The notes under the pieces: generated by a model
Told to the model about the DNA's origin: nothing
The model's database searches: none
The model's input: only the letters and a program-made list of their open reading frames with translations
Made by a program: the position numbers and the translations under genes
Shown here: positions 1 to 13,196 of the stretch, one piece after another
How the letters are laid out: each line of letters begins with the position of its first letter
Position numbering within the stretch: the stretch's first letter is position 1
NCBI RefSeq assembly: GCF_016026235.1
Contig: NZ_CP065613.1
Length of the DNA: 64,000 bases
Source of the DNA: Escherichia coli
GTDB taxonomy: Bacteria > Pseudomonadota > Gammaproteobacteria > Enterobacterales > Enterobacteriaceae
Reading direction: 5' to 3' (one strand)

Positions 1-1211
<1,211 letters not shown>

Positions 1212-1272
1212 TCAATGCTAAAAACCCCCGACAAGCGGGGGTTCGAAGAGGAGTTAATTTGCCTTAAGTGTA

Positions 1273-2271
1273 TCAGGCGTTGGCGTCTTTGACTTCGCGG
1301 ATGATGTCCTGGTACTCACGCAATTTCTGCGGAGTCATCATACGGCGCTGATCGTCAAGCACGACACCGCCCACTTCATCGGCAATATGCTGCGCAGATT
1401 GCAGCATCAGCTTGAAGTTCTGCAGCTCGTCACCGTAAGACGGTACCTGCATAAAGATAGTGACACCCGGAGTAGTGAAATCCTTCATTTCAGGATCAAA
1501 GGTTCCCGGTTTCACCATATTCGCCAGGCTGAATAACGCCGGGCCGCTGCCATCCGGGCTAAGATGACGATGGTAAATATTCATATCGCCAAAAATGAAG
1601 CCCGCTTGTTGAATGCTGTTAAGAAGCAGTTCACCGTTTAGCTCGCTACCGTGATGCGCCGCGACGTTCATGATAATCACCGCTTCTTTGCGCTTCGGTT
1701 TATCCATAACTGGAGCCGGTTCCGCTACAGGCTCAGGCTGTGGTGCCGCTACGGGTTCTGCAGGCTGGAAAGCCTGTTGTGCCGGTTGCGGTGCTGAATG
1801 CACTGGCTGCGGCGCTGACGCGACCTGTGGCGAAACTGGCTGCTGCAACGGCTGTTCAGGCTGCGGCTGATAGGCAGGCTGCTGCACGGGTTGCTGCACC
1901 GGCTGCGCTGGACGCGGAGCATGTTGCGGCGGTACCTGCGCTTCAGGCGGCTGCTGGACCGGTTGACGCGGCTGCGCAGACGCATAAGGCGGTTGGTACT
2001 GGTGTTGCGGCGACGGACGAGCAGCCTCATGCTCCTGGGCGTTAGCCGGGGCATGATTCACGCGGTGAACACGAACCTCACCAACGCCCTCATCATCTTC
2101 GACATCCTCGTCATAAGAATCGTCGTCACGTTTTGACTTCATTCGTTTTAATGGCCGATCGCGGAACATAGAAGATCGTTCTTTACGGCTGGTCCAGAAA
2201 CCATGTACCAGTAAAGCGATTATGGCGATCGCGCCAACAATGATTAATATCAGACGCAAATCCTGCATCAT
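1273..2271 (-). CDS. zipA: Cell division protein ZipA (FtsZ membrane anchor), Pro/Gln-rich linker
   Basis: ORF 1273..2322; true start taken at [26 protein letters not shown] (TM anchor) giving 332 aa; long P/Q-rich linker then FtsZ-binding domain. Confidence 0.92.
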
Positions 2272-2500
2272 TATATTCTCTGTTGTTCTAACACCTTGCC
2301 ACCACGGCAAACATTTACTCACTAAGAGTATTTGCCGATTACCTCAAGTGCAAGTGCACTATTAACTTTCACAGCACAAAGATAGATGAAATCGTGCTTT
2401 TTGCTGTTTTTTCGAACATATCCTAACTGTCCATTGCGCAATTACCCGGTAAAATACGCAGAATTTTCCTAGGATTGGTCAAAAGGAGCTCATCCTGATT

Positions 2501-3262
2501 ATGGTTTCATCATTCACATCTGCCCCACGCAGCGGTTTTTACTATTTTGCGCAAGGCTGGAAGCTCGTCTCGCAACCTGGGATTCGGCGTTTCGTTATTT
2601 TACCGCTGCTGGTCAATATTTTGTTGATGGGGGGCGCATTCTGGTGGCTCTTTACGCAACTCGATGTCTGGATCCCGACTCTCATGAGTTACGTTCCGGA
2701 CTGGCTACAATGGCTGAGTTATCTGTTGTGGCCTCTGGCTGTCATCTCTGTGCTGTTAGTGTTTGGCTATTTCTTCTCCACGATTGCTAACTGGATTGCC
2801 GCTCCGTTTAACGGTTTATTGGCTGAACAACTGGAAGCACGATTGACTGGCGCTACACCGCCAGATACCGGGATTTTCGGTATCATGAAAGATGTGCCGC
2901 GAATCATGAAACGCGAATGGCAAAAATTTGCTTGGTATCTTCCGCGCGCAATTGTATTACTAATTCTTTACTTCATCCCTGGTATTGGGCAAACCGTCGC
3001 GCCGGTACTGTGGTTCCTGTTTAGCGCCTGGATGTTAGCCATCCAGTATTGCGATTACCCCTTCGATAACCACAAAGTGCCGTTTAAAGAGATGCGCACC
3101 GCCCTGCGCACACGCAAAATCACCAATATGCAGTTTGGTGCTTTAACCAGCCTGTTTACGATGATCCCGCTGCTTAATCTGTTCATCATGCCCGTTGCCG
3201 TTTGTGGCGCGACGGCGATGTGGGTCGATTGCTATCGCGATAAACACGCGATGTGGCGGTAA
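2501..3262 (+). CDS. cysZ: Sulfate transporter CysZ
   Basis: 253-aa [23 protein letters not shown]..., multi-TM protein, position upstream of cysK. Confidence 0.93.
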
Positions 3263-3446
3263 CAATCTACCGGTTATTTTGTAAACCGTTTGTGTGAAAC
3301 AGGGGTGGCTTATGCCGCCCCTTATTCCATCTTGCATGTCATTATTTCCCTTCTGTATATAGATATGCTAAATCCTTACTTCCGCATATTCTCTGAGCGG
3401 GTATGCTACCTGTTGTATCCCAATTTCATACAGTTAAGGACAGGCC
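3263..3446 (+). promoter_or_regulatory. cysK promoter region (CysB-activated in K-12)
   Basis: 184-bp intergenic immediately upstream of cysK; assignment by position and established cys regulon knowledge, individual sites not resolved. Confidence 0.35.
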
Positions 3447-4418
3447 ATGAGTAAGATTTTTGAAGATAACTCGCTGACTATCGGTCACACGCCGCTGGTT
3501 CGCCTGAATCGCATCGGTAACGGACGCATTCTGGCGAAGGTGGAATCTCGTAACCCCAGCTTCAGCGTTAAGTGCCGTATCGGTGCCAACATGATTTGGG
3601 ATGCCGAAAAGCGCGGCGTGCTGAAACCAGGCGTTGAACTGGTTGAACCGACCAGCGGTAATACCGGGATTGCACTGGCCTATGTAGCTGCCGCTCGCGG
3701 TTACAAACTCACCCTGACCATGCCAGAAACCATGAGTATTGAACGCCGCAAGCTGCTGAAAGCGTTAGGTGCAAACCTGGTGCTGACGGAAGGTGCTAAA
3801 GGCATGAAAGGCGCAATCCAAAAAGCAGAAGAAATTGTCGCCAGCAATCCAGAGAAATACCTGCTGCTGCAACAATTCAGCAATCCGGCAAACCCTGAAA
3901 TTCACGAAAAAACCACCGGTCCGGAGATCTGGGAAGATACCGACGGTCAGGTTGATGTATTTATTGCTGGCGTTGGGACTGGCGGTACGCTGACTGGCGT
4001 CAGCCGCTACATTAAAGGCACCAAAGGCAAGACCGATCTTATCTCTGTCGCCGTTGAGCCAACCGATTCTCCAGTTATCGCCCAGGCGCTGGCAGGTGAA
4101 GAGATTAAACCTGGCCCGCATAAAATTCAGGGTATTGGCGCTGGTTTTATCCCGGCTAACCTCGATCTCAAGCTGGTCGATAAAGTCATTGGCATCACCA
4201 ATGAAGAAGCCATTTCTACCGCCCGTCGTCTAATGGAAGAAGAAGGTATTCTTGCAGGTATCTCTTCTGGAGCAGCTGTTGCCGCGGCGTTGAAACTACA
4301 AGAAGATGAAAGCTTTACCAACAAGAATATTGTGGTTATTCTACCATCATCGGGTGAGCGTTATTTAAGCACCGCATTGTTTGCCGATCTCTTCACTGAG
4401 AAAGAATTGCAACAGTAA
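3447..4418 (+). CDS. cysK: O-acetylserine sulfhydrylase A (cysteine synthase A)
   Basis: 323-aa [27 protein letters not shown]...; PLP-fold motifs (SVKCRIG, TSGNTG). Confidence 0.96.
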   Translation: MSKIFEDNSLTIGHTPLVRLNRIGNGRILAKVESRNPSFSVKCRIGANMIWDAEKRGVLKPGVELVEPTSGNTGIALAYVAAARGYKLTLTMPETMSIERRKLLKALGANLVLTEGAKGMKGAIQKAEEIVASNPEKYLLLQQFSNPANPEIHEKTTGPEIWEDTDGQVDVFIAGVGTGGTLTGVSRYIKGTKGKTDLISVAVEPTDSPVIAQALAGEEIKPGPHKIQGIGAGFIPANLDLKLVDKVIGITNEEAISTARRLMEEEGILAGISSGAAVAAALKLQEDESFTNKNIVVILPSSGERYLSTALFADLFTEKELQQ

Positions 4419-4442
4419 TGCCAGCTTGTTAAAAATGCGTAA

Positions 4443-4468
4443 AAAAGCACCTTTTTAGGTGCTTTTTT
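4443..4468 (+). terminator. Rho-independent terminator downstream of cysK
   Basis: Perfect 10-bp stem aaaagcacct / aggtgctttt with tttt loop, followed by T-run. Confidence 0.7.
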
Positions 4469-4559
4469 GTGGCCTGCTTCAAACTTTCGCCCCTCCTGGC
4501 ATTGATTCAGCCTGTCGGAACTGGTATTTAACCAGACTAATTATTTTGATGCGCGAAAT

Positions 4560-4801
4560 TAATCGTTACAGGAAAAGCCAAAGCTGAATCGATTTTATGA
4601 TTTGGTTCAATTCTTCCTTTAGCGGCATAATGTTTAATGACGTACGAAACGTCAGCGGTCAACACCCGCCAGCAATGGACTGTATTGCGCTCTTCGTGCG
4701 TCGCGTCTGTTAAAAACTGGCGCTAACAATACAGGCTAAAGTCGAACCGCCAGGCTAGACTTTAGTTCCACAACACTAAACCTATAAGTTGGGGAAATAC
4801 A
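4560..4801 (+). promoter_or_regulatory. ptsH promoter region (pts P0/P1, CRP/Mlc-controlled in K-12)
   Basis: Non-coding region upstream of ptsH; positional call from established knowledge, sites not individually mapped. Confidence 0.35.
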
Positions 4802-5059
4802 ATGTTCCAGCAAGAAGTTACCATTACCGCTCCGAACGGTCTGCACACCCGCCCTGCTGCCCAGTTTGTAAAAGAAGCTAAGGGCTTCACTTCTGAAATT
4901 ACTGTGACTTCCAACGGCAAAAGCGCCAGCGCGAAAAGCCTGTTTAAACTGCAGACTCTGGGCCTGACTCAAGGTACCGTTGTGACTATCTCCGCAGAAG
5001 GCGAAGACGAGCAGAAAGCGGTTGAACATCTGGTTAAACTGATGGCGGAACTCGAGTAA
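4802..5059 (+). CDS. ptsH: Phosphocarrier protein HPr
   Basis: 85-aa [32 protein letters not shown]... with active-site His15 context. Confidence 0.97.
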
Positions 5060-5103
5060 TTTCCCGGGTTCTTTTAAAAATCAGTCACAAGTAAGGTAGG
5101 GTT

Positions 5104-6831
5104 ATGATTTCAGGCATTTTAGCATCCCCGGGTATCGCTTTCGGTAAAGCTCTGCTTCTGAAAGAAGACGAAATTGTCATTGACCGGAAAAAAATTTCTG
5201 CCGACCAGGTTGATCAGGAAGTTGAACGTTTTCTGAGCGGTCGTGCCAAGGCATCAGCCCAGCTGGAAACGATCAAAACGAAAGCTGGTGAAACGTTCGG
5301 TGAAGAAAAAGAAGCCATCTTTGAAGGGCATATTATGCTGCTCGAAGATGAGGAGCTGGAGCAGGAAATCATAGCCCTGATTAAAGATAAACACATGACA
5401 GCTGACGCAGCTGCTCATGAAGTTATCGAAGGTCAGGCTTCTGCCCTGGAAGAGCTGGATGATGAATACCTGAAAGAACGTGCGGCTGACGTACGTGATA
5501 TCGGTAAGCGCCTGCTGCGCAACATCCTGGGCCTGAAGATTATCGACCTGAGCGCCATTCAGGATGAAGTCATTCTGGTTGCCGCTGACCTGACGCCGTC
5601 CGAAACCGCACAGCTGAACCTGAAGAAGGTGCTGGGTTTCATCACCGACGCGGGTGGCCGTACTTCCCACACCTCTATCATGGCGCGTTCTCTGGAACTG
5701 CCTGCTATCGTGGGTACCGGTAGCGTCACCTCTCAGGTGAAAAATGACGACTATCTGATTCTGGATGCCGTAAATAATCAGGTTTACGTCAATCCAACCA
5801 ACGAAGTTATTGATAAAATGCGCGCTGTTCAGGAGCAAGTGGCTTCTGAAAAAGCAGAGCTTGCTAAACTGAAAGATCTGCCAGCTATTACGCTGGACGG
5901 TCACCAGGTAGAAGTATGCGCTAACATTGGTACGGTTCGTGACGTTGAAGGTGCAGAGCGTAACGGCGCTGAAGGCGTTGGTCTGTATCGTACTGAGTTC
6001 CTGTTCATGGACCGCGACGCGCTGCCCACTGAAGAAGAACAGTTTGCTGCTTACAAAGCAGTGGCTGAAGCGTGTGGCTCGCAGGCGGTTATCGTTCGTA
6101 CCATGGACATCGGCGGCGACAAAGAGCTGCCATACATGAACTTCCCGAAAGAAGAGAACCCGTTCCTCGGCTGGCGCGCTATCCGTATCGCGATGGATCG
6201 TAAAGAGATCCTGCGCGATCAGCTCCGCGCTATCCTGCGTGCCTCGGCTTTCGGTAAATTGCGCATTATGTTCCCGATGATCATCTCTGTTGAAGAAGTG
6301 CGTGCACTGCGCAAAGAGATCGAAATCTACAAACAGGAACTGCGCGACGAAGGTAAAGCGTTTGACGAGTCAATTGAAATCGGCGTAATGGTGGAAACAC
6401 CGGCTGCCGCAACAATTGCACGTCATTTAGCCAAAGAAGTTGATTTCTTTAGTATCGGCACCAATGATTTAACGCAGTACACTCTGGCAGTTGACCGTGG
6501 TAATGATATGATTTCACACCTTTACCAGCCAATGTCACCGTCCGTGCTGAACTTGATCAAGCAAGTTATTGATGCTTCTCATGCTGAAGGCAAATGGACT
6601 GGCATGTGTGGTGAGCTTGCTGGCGATGAACGTGCTACACTTCTGTTGCTGGGGATGGGTCTGGACGAATTCTCTATGAGCGCCATTTCTATCCCGCGCA
6701 TTAAGAAGATTATCCGTAACACGAACTTCGAAGATGCGAAGGTGTTAGCAGAGCAGGCTCTTGCTCAACCGACAACAGACGAGTTAATGACGCTGGTTAA
6801 CAAGTTCATTGAAGAAAAAACAATCTGCTAA
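5104..6831 (+). CDS. ptsI: PTS Enzyme I (phosphoenolpyruvate-protein phosphotransferase)
   Basis: 575-aa [32 protein letters not shown]...; ptsH-ptsI-crr operon order. Confidence 0.97.
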   Translation: MISGILASPGIAFGKALLLKEDEIVIDRKKISADQVDQEVERFLSGRAKASAQLETIKTKAGETFGEEKEAIFEGHIMLLEDEELEQEIIALIKDKHMTADAAAHEVIEGQASALEELDDEYLKERAADVRDIGKRLLRNILGLKIIDLSAIQDEVILVAADLTPSETAQLNLKKVLGFITDAGGRTSHTSIMARSLELPAIVGTGSVTSQVKNDDYLILDAVNNQVYVNPTNEVIDKMRAVQEQVASEKAELAKLKDLPAITLDGHQVEVCANIGTVRDVEGAERNGAEGVGLYRTEFLFMDRDALPTEEEQFAAYKAVAEACGSQAVIVRTMDIGGDKELPYMNFPKEENPFLGWRAIRIAMDRKEILRDQLRAILRASAFGKLRIMFPMIISVEEVRALRKEIEIYKQELRDEGKAFDESIEIGVMVETPAAATIARHLAKEVDFFSIGTNDLTQYTLAVDRGNDMISHLYQPMSPSVLNLIKQVIDASHAEGKWTGMCGELAGDERATLLLLGMGLDEFSMSAISIPRIKKIIRNTNFEDAKVLAEQALAQPTTDELMTLVNKFIEEKTIC

Positions 6832-6871
6832 TCCACGAGATGCGGCCCAATTTACTGCTTAGGAGAAGATC

Positions 6872-7381
6872 ATGGGTTTGTTCGATAAACTGAAATCTCT
6901 GGTTTCCGACGACAAGAAGGATACCGGAACTATTGAGATCATTGCTCCGCTCTCTGGCGAGATCGTCAATATCGAAGACGTGCCGGATGTCGTTTTTGCG
7001 GAAAAAATCGTTGGTGATGGTATTGCTATCAAACCAACGGGTAACAAAATGGTCGCGCCTGTAGACGGTACCATTGGTAAAATCTTTGAAACCAACCACG
7101 CATTCTCTATCGAATCTGATAGCGGCGTTGAACTGTTCGTCCACTTCGGTATCGACACCGTTGAACTGAAAGGCGAAGGCTTCAAGCGTATTGCTGAAGA
7201 AGGTCAGCGCGTGAAAGTTGGCGATACTGTCATTGAATTTGATCTGCCGCTGCTGGAAGAGAAAGCCAAGTCTACCCTGACTCCGGTTGTTATCTCCAAC
7301 ATGGACGAAATCAAAGAACTGATCAAACTGTCCGGTAGCGTAACCGTGGGTGAAACCCCGGTTATCCGCATCAAGAAGTAA
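6872..7381 (+). CDS. crr: PTS glucose-specific EIIA component (EIIA-Glc)
   Basis: 169-aa [35 protein letters not shown]... Confidence 0.97.
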
Positions 7382-7403
7382 TTCTTGCCGCAGTGAAAAA
7401 TGG

Positions 7404-7415
7404 CGCCCATCGGCG
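7404..7415. repeat. IS4 target-site duplication, left copy (cgcccatcggcg)
   Basis: 12-bp sequence identical to 8842..8853, directly abutting the IS4 terminal inverted repeats. Confidence 0.85.
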
Positions 7416-8841
7416 TAATGCCAGTCAGTTAAGCAACTGACTGGCTCTTTTTCGGGGCTGTGGGGTATTTCCAGGGCCTCTCCTTTACCACTCTCGGGAA
7501 GGCCCTTCCCCTTCTCGTCGGTAATTTCACAAGTTGTCCCATACTTGCAAGATCGCGCATCAGCTCCGGTATACGTCCCGGTGAAGCGCCCTGCAATGTC
7601 ATCAGCATTCTCATCACCATTCCGCATGATTCTGAGAAACTCAGTTGATTCGGCCAGTAACCTTTCAGATGTTCCGCCATTTTAATCATCTGATATCTCA
7701 CCAGATTATAAGCCAGTAAGACACCCCACAGCTCTTGCTCCACAAGCTCCGGCTTTTTACTTCTCAGCGTCAGCCTGCTCAGTTGCATCGTCTGTTTTAT
7801 CTCCCTGTATCCCAGTTCGATTTCCCAGCGATGACTGTACAGATCCGCCATTTCTCCTCTGGGGAAGCGCATGGCGTCCGTCATCGACGTCAGCAGATGG
7901 CAGACTTTTCCTTTGCGCGTCACGGTCAGCAGGCGGGCTGTCACTTCATTTCCCAGTCCCGGCCACTTTTTTCGTGCCTGCGGGCTGGTTTTCAGCTTCA
8001 CCAGATGATCGCCTTTACCCAGTTTTCTGAGCTCTTCATATTGCGCTCCCTTTCTGAGAGGTATCATCCAGTGGCGGTGTTCTCCCGCCAGGCTCCAGGC
8101 ATTTAACAGTCCCAGTGAGTAATAACCTTTATCCATTAACGTCAGAGTGTTATCGCCGGTTTGTTCTATAAGTTGCTCAGCAAGCTCATTTTCGCTGTTC
8201 TTCATCGTGCCGAAGGCTGCAGCCGTCAGCAGATGGCTGGTCAGTTCCATCTGGCAGACCATTTTGACCTGCGGGTAGAGCGCCGGGTTCCCGGCATGTG
8301 TCTGGCGGGGGAAGGCTGCATCGTTCTCTGGTGTATCCGGTGTGCGCCAGAACACACCATCGATGGCCAACAGGGTCAGGCCGCACCAGTGCGGATGCGG
8401 CGTGGCGTTATGCCAGAGCTGCGCTGTTTTCGTGAACACGCGGCGGACAGCCTCACTTCCCAGGCGCTGGCGGGCCTGAATAACGGCACTGGGGGCAACG
8501 AAGGGGCGATTGCCCGGCAGCATGATGTCCAGGCGATTCACAATCTGGTGAAGAGGTTCTTTACGCTCAAGCGCCATGCCAACAATACACCAGACCATCA
8601 TTTCGAGGGGAAGACGGCGCTTGCGTAGCGTTACAGTACCTGATTCGGCAAGGCAACGAGAGATGAGTTCGGGGTCGAGGTAATCCCCCAGAGAAGTCAG
8701 TGGGTTACGCAGAGAATCGTAACGGGATACCAGATCAAGAGCCTGTCCAATGTGCATAAAAAAATCCGGAAACAAGTGAGCGTTTCCGGATTCTTACACA
8801 GCCACTGGATCGGTCAACTGATCCTTAACTGATCGGCATTA
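7416..8841 (-). mobile_element. Insertion sequence IS4 (1426 bp)
   Basis: Element length 1426 bp; 18-bp imperfect terminal IRs taatgccagtcagttaag (7416-7433) and cttaactgatcggcatta (8824-8841); 12-bp flanking direct repeat; encodes 442-aa transposase. Confidence 0.93.
7429..8757 (-). CDS. insG: IS4 transposase InsG
   Basis: ORF 7429..8775; start taken at [26 protein letters not shown]... (442 aa), recognised as IS4 transposase. Confidence 0.92.
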   Translation of the reverse strand: MHIGQALDLVSRYDSLRNPLTSLGDYLDPELISRCLAESGTVTLRKRRLPLEMMVWCIVGMALERKEPLHQIVNRLDIMLPGNRPFVAPSAVIQARQRLGSEAVRRVFTKTAQLWHNATPHPHWCGLTLLAIDGVFWRTPDTPENDAAFPRQTHAGNPALYPQVKMVCQMELTSHLLTAAAFGTMKNSENELAEQLIEQTGDNTLTLMDKGYYSLGLLNAWSLAGEHRHWMIPLRKGAQYEELRKLGKGDHLVKLKTSPQARKKWPGLGNEVTARLLTVTRKGKVCHLLTSMTDAMRFPRGEMADLYSHRWEIELGYREIKQTMQLSRLTLRSKKPELVEQELWGVLLAYNLVRYQMIKMAEHLKGYWPNQLSFSESCGMVMRMLMTLQGASPGRIPELMRDLASMGQLVKLPTRRGRAFPRVVKERPWKYPTAPKKSQSVA

Positions 8842-8853
8842 CGCCCATCGGCG
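8842..8853. repeat. IS4 target-site duplication, right copy (cgcccatcggcg)
   Basis: Identical to 7404..7415; with the IS removed the flanks rejoin as aaaaatggcgcccatcggcgccattttttt, a palindromic bidirectional terminator. Confidence 0.85.
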
Positions 8854-8861
8854 CCATTTTT

Positions 8862-9713
8862 TTATGCTTCCGCCAGCGGCGGCAAAATCAATTCATCGCT
8901 CTCATGCTGCTGGGTGTAGCGCATCACTTCCAGTACGCGCAACCCCGCGCGGTGCACCGCATCGGTTAACGCCTTCCCTTTCAGCAAGCCACTGATGAGC
9001 TGAGCACAAAACTGGTCGCCAGTCCCTTTCAGGTCGGTTTTTACCCGTGAATGGGAAATGACATTCACGCTGTCGGCAGTGACCACCACAACCTGCATCT
9101 CCTGATTTTCTTCATTACCGGAGGCGCTGGTAATCACCACCCATTTTAGTGTGTCTGAAAGCAGACTTTTTGCGGCAGCAATGGCACTGTCGAGATCGCG
9201 GCAATTTTTACCGGTCAGGATTTCCAGCTCAAAGATATTGGGGGTAATTCCCTGCGCCAGCGGCAGTAAATATTGTCGATACGCCTCGGGAAGGTCAGGT
9301 TTGACATAAATTCCGCTATCAATATCGCCAATCACCGGATCGACCATGATCAATAGATCAGGATGGTCTTTGCGTAGCGCAGTCAGCCACTCGGCAAGGA
9401 TTTTGATTTGCGATGCCGTTCCCATATAGCCCGTGGTTACAGCACGAAGTTGGCGCAGCGCATCACGCTCCTGAAGCGCACGCAAATAGCCGCTAAACCA
9501 TTCGTCCGGAATCGCACCACCGTAGAAAGTGTCATAATGCGGCGTATTGCTCAGCAATACCGTCGGCACGGCAAAGACATTCAGGCCGTTCTGTTTGATA
9601 GCAGGCACGGCAATGCTGTTGCCTACGCTGCCGTACACTACCTGCGACTGCACGGCGACGATATCCGCCTGCAGTGCCCTGCTCTTATCGTTAAACAACA
9701 ACAAACTACTCAT
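8862..9713 (-). CDS. pdxK: Pyridoxal/pyridoxine/pyridoxamine kinase
   Basis: 283-aa [39 protein letters not shown]... Confidence 0.94.
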   Translation of the reverse strand: MSSLLLFNDKSRALQADIVAVQSQVVYGSVGNSIAVPAIKQNGLNVFAVPTVLLSNTPHYDTFYGGAIPDEWFSGYLRALQERDALRQLRAVTTGYMGTASQIKILAEWLTALRKDHPDLLIMVDPVIGDIDSGIYVKPDLPEAYRQYLLPLAQGITPNIFELEILTGKNCRDLDSAIAAAKSLLSDTLKWVVITSASGNEENQEMQVVVVTADSVNVISHSRVKTDLKGTGDQFCAQLISGLLKGKALTDAVHRAGLRVLEVMRYTQQHESDELILPPLAEA

Positions 9714-9751
9714 TTAATTTTTTCTCCTTGCCGATGATCCTCATCGTATTA

Positions 9752-10186
<435 letters not shown>

Positions 10187-10188
10187 TC

Positions 10189-11100
10189 TTAAATCCCCGC
10201 CCCCTGACTAAAATGCTCTTCCCCAAACACCCCGGTGGAAAGGTAGCGATCGCCACGATCGCAGATGATCGCTACCACCACCGCACCAGGGTTAGCTTTT
10301 GCCACCCGCAGTGCTCCGGCAACCGCGCCGCCGGAGCTGACGCCACAGAATATTCCTTCCCGCACCGCCAGTTCGCGCATGGTGTTTTCCGCATCGCGCT
10401 GATGAATATCCAGCACCTCATCCACCAGCGAAGCGTTGAAAATCCCCGGCAGATATTCCGTAGGCCAGCGGCGAATGCCGGGAATGCTGCTGCCCTCTTC
10501 CGGTTGCAGGCCGACAATGGTCACCGGTTTGGATTGTTCGCGCATAAAGCGTGACACGCCGGTGATAGTGCCGGTTGTTCCCATGCTGGAGACAAAATGG
10601 GTAATGCGCCCGCCAGTTTGCTGCCAGATTTCCGGCCCGGTAGTGGTGTAATGGGCGTAAGGGTTATCGGGATTATTGAACTGATCGAGCAGCTTTCCTT
10701 CACCACGATTCGCCATCTCCAGCGCCAGATCGCGCGCACCTTCCATGCCCTGCTCTTTGGTGACAAGAATCAGTTCCGCACCATAAGCACGCATCGCCGC
10801 ACGACGTTCCTGGCTCATGTTGTCGGGCATCAGCAATTTCATGCGATAGCCTTTAAGCGCGGCAATCATTGCCAGCGCAATGCCGGTGTTACCACTGGTG
10901 GCTTCGATTAACACATCACCCGGTTTAATTTCCCCGCGCTTTTCCGCCTCGACGATCATCGAAAGCGCCGCACGATCTTTTACCGAACCTGCCGGGTTAT
11001 TGCCTTCCAGTTTTAACCACACTTCACTGCCGTTATTCGGCCCCATTCGCTGCAACTTCACCAGAGGCGTATTGCCTATTGTTTGTTCTAATGTACTCAC
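10189..11100 (-). CDS. cysM: O-acetylserine sulfhydrylase B (cysteine synthase B)
   Basis: ORF 10189..11178; start taken at GTG 11098-11100 giving (M)STLEQTIGNTPLVKLQRMGP..., 303 aa. Confidence 0.94.
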   Translation of the reverse strand: MSTLEQTIGNTPLVKLQRMGPNNGSEVWLKLEGNNPAGSVKDRAALSMIVEAEKRGEIKPGDVLIEATSGNTGIALAMIAALKGYRMKLLMPDNMSQERRAAMRAYGAELILVTKEQGMEGARDLALEMANRGEGKLLDQFNNPDNPYAHYTTTGPEIWQQTGGRITHFVSSMGTTGTITGVSRFMREQSKPVTIVGLQPEEGSSIPGIRRWPTEYLPGIFNASLVDEVLDIHQRDAENTMRELAVREGIFCGVSSGGAVAGALRVAKANPGAVVVAIICDRGDRYLSTGVFGEEHFSQGAGI

Positions 11101-11123
11101 GATCTCTATCCATACGTGGTGTT

Positions 11124-11160
11124 GCCTGATGCGACGCTTGCGCGTCTTATCAGGTCTACA
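11124..11160. repeat. REP (palindromic unit) in cysM-cysA intergenic region
   Basis: gcctgatgcgacgcttgcgcgtcttatcaggtctaca, canonical REP consensus. Confidence 0.75.
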
Positions 11161-11233
11161 GGTTACAAACCTTGCCATTAAAAAGCCCGGATCGCGGGAA
11201 GCGCCTCCGGGCGTTTAACATTCACTCAACCTA

Positions 11234-12331
11234 TCAGGCGCTTTGTGCGAGAGCAAGTTCCTCATCGCGGGTTTCGATACGCTCGTCGCCGTTATACAGC
11301 CGCGCATGTTGCAGACCAACGAATAAACGCTCGCCACGCTGCGGGGCATCGTCGCCATGCATCACGACCGTCAGCGGTTCGTTGTACCACCCCAGCGGCT
11401 GCACCACTAATTGGGTGTAGTGACCTTTCGGGCTGGCTTCCAGTACCTGTACCGGCAGCGGCGAATCGAGACTGGTACGGCGGCTGATATCCACTTCCCA
11501 AGGGCGCAGAAAGAGATCCACCGGCCCCTGATACGCAGGTGTGTAGCCCAGCGGCCAGCGATGCGCGCCAACATGGAACTGCCCGCCGCGAATGGTTCCC
11601 TGCAGGCGGTTCACTTCGCCCATAAATTCGAGCACAAAACGGGTCGCCGGTTCGCGCCATACCTGATCCGGCGCGTCAGCCTGTTCAATATTGCCCTGGC
11701 TCATCACAACTACACGATCAGCTACTTCGGTCGCTTCTTCCTGATCGTGGGTCACAAAAACGCTGGTGAATTTTAGTTCTTCATGGAGTTGACGCAGCCA
11801 GCGACGCAGCTCTTTACGCACCTGCGCATCCAGCGCGCCAAACGGTTCATCAAGCAGCAGAATTTGCGGTTCTACAGCAAGCGCACGCGCCAGCGCTACA
11901 CGCTGTTTCTGGCCGCCGGAAAGCTGCGCCGGATAACGATCCGCCAGATGGGCAAGCTGGACCATTTCCAGCAATTTTGTCACTTTCGCTTTGATGGCTG
12001 CGGCATTCGGGCGCTCGCGACGCGGCAGCACCGTCAGGCCAAAAGCGATATTGTCGAACACCGTCATATGGCGGAACAGCGCGTAATGCTGGAACACGAA
12101 ACCGACTTTACGATCACGTGCGTGCAGGCGGCTCACGTCGGTGCCGTGGAAGCGAATATGCCCGCTGGTTTGATGCTCCAGCCCAGCGATAATGCGCAGC
12201 AGCGTGGTTTTCCCGGAACCGGACGGCCCCAGCAACGCGACCATCTGACCTGAAGGAATATCCAGTGAGATATCGTTCAGCACCTGGGTGCGACCAAACG
12301 ACTTCTTAATATTGGCAATCTCAATGCTCAT
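11234..12331 (-). CDS. cysA: Sulfate/thiosulfate ABC transporter ATP-binding protein
   Basis: 365-aa [46 protein letters not shown]... (Walker A, ABC signature LSGGQ). Confidence 0.96.
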   Translation of the reverse strand: MSIEIANIKKSFGRTQVLNDISLDIPSGQMVALLGPSGSGKTTLLRIIAGLEHQTSGHIRFHGTDVSRLHARDRKVGFVFQHYALFRHMTVFDNIAFGLTVLPRRERPNAAAIKAKVTKLLEMVQLAHLADRYPAQLSGGQKQRVALARALAVEPQILLLDEPFGALDAQVRKELRRWLRQLHEELKFTSVFVTHDQEEATEVADRVVVMSQGNIEQADAPDQVWREPATRFVLEFMGEVNRLQGTIRGGQFHVGAHRWPLGYTPAYQGPVDLFLRPWEVDISRRTSLDSPLPVQVLEASPKGHYTQLVVQPLGWYNEPLTVVMHGDDAPQRGERLFVGLQHARLYNGDERIETRDEELALAQSA

Positions 12332-13196
12332 GATGTTCCTCCTGCTGTGCGCGTTTTTCCTGATTCTCCAGGCGCCACTGCAACATACTTTTTAAAAACA
12401 GGGTGATAATCGCCATCAGCGTTAACAGCGCCGCAGCGGTAAAGGAGCCGACGGTGTTGTAGTCCTGCTCCAGCAATTCAATCTGTAACGGCAGCGACAG
12501 GGTTTCGCCGCGAATCGAGCCGGAAACCACCGACACCGCGCCAAACTCGCCAATTGCGCGGGCGTTGGTCAACACCACGCCATAAAGCAGCGCCCAGCGA
12601 ATGTTCGGCAATGTGACGCGGCGAAACATCTGCCAGCCAGACGCGCCAAGCAAAATCGCCGCTTCGTCTTCCTGGCTGCCCTGGCTTAACATCACCGGCA
12701 CCAGCTCGCGCACCACAAAAGGACACGTCACAAAGATGGTGACCAGCACCATTCCCGGCCAGGAGAACATAATTTGCAGATTATGTTCATCCAGCCAGCC
12801 GCCCAGCGGGCCGTTGGAGCCGTAGAACAGCAGATACACCAGACCGGCAACCACCGGTGACACGGCAAAAGGAATGTCCAGTAGCGTCAGCAGTAACTGG
12901 CGTCCGGGGAAGTTAAAGCGCGTCACCAGCCAGGCCAGCAGAATGCCGAACACCAGGTTCACCGGTACGGCAATCAGCGCAATCATCACCGTCAGCCAAA
13001 TCGCGTGCAACATGTCCGGATCGGCCAGATTCTGTAAAACCGGCATCAGCCCCTTGCTGAATGCCTGCACGAAGATGTAAATCATCGGCACCAGCAGGAT
13101 GAACGCCGAAACCAGCATCCCGATGCCAATTAGAAACCATTTGCCCCAGTTAATCGGGCGCGCGTCATAACGCTTCAATTGGGTAACTTCCGCCAT
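12321..13196 (-). CDS. cysW: Sulfate/thiosulfate ABC transporter permease CysW
   Basis: 291-aa [31 protein letters not shown]...; overlaps cysA start by 11 bp. Confidence 0.95.
   Translation of the reverse strand: MAEVTQLKRYDARPINWGKWFLIGIGMLVSAFILLVPMIYIFVQAFSKGLMPVLQNLADPDMLHAIWLTVMIALIAVPVNLVFGILLAWLVTRFNFPGRQLLLTLLDIPFAVSPVVAGLVYLLFYGSNGPLGGWLDEHNLQIMFSWPGMVLVTIFVTCPFVVRELVPVMLSQGSQEDEAAILLGASGWQMFRRVTLPNIRWALLYGVVLTNARAIGEFGAVSVVSGSIRGETLSLPLQIELLEQDYNTVGSFTAAALLTLMAIITLFLKSMLQWRLENQEKRAQQEEHHEH

Noticed and set aside
1670-2136. Several overlapping ORFs in multiple frames and both strands inside zipA (1670-1870, 1740-2045, 1749-2054, 1891-2136)
   Set aside because: They arise from the GC-rich, repetitive Pro/Gln-rich linker of ZipA (cagccggtg-type codon repeats). 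ZipA is the recognisable product; the others are low-complexity translations, not genes or a repeat array.
5254-7627. Long minus-strand ORFs (5254-5904, 216 aa; 6806-7627, 273 aa) antisense to ptsI and crr
   Set aside because: Mirror ORFs opposite highly expressed, well-characterised genes; no ribosome-binding site or recognisable domain.
8161-8628. 155-aa and 66-aa ORFs inside IS4 on the strand opposite insG
   Set aside because: IS4 encodes a single transposase; these are antisense ORFs within insG.
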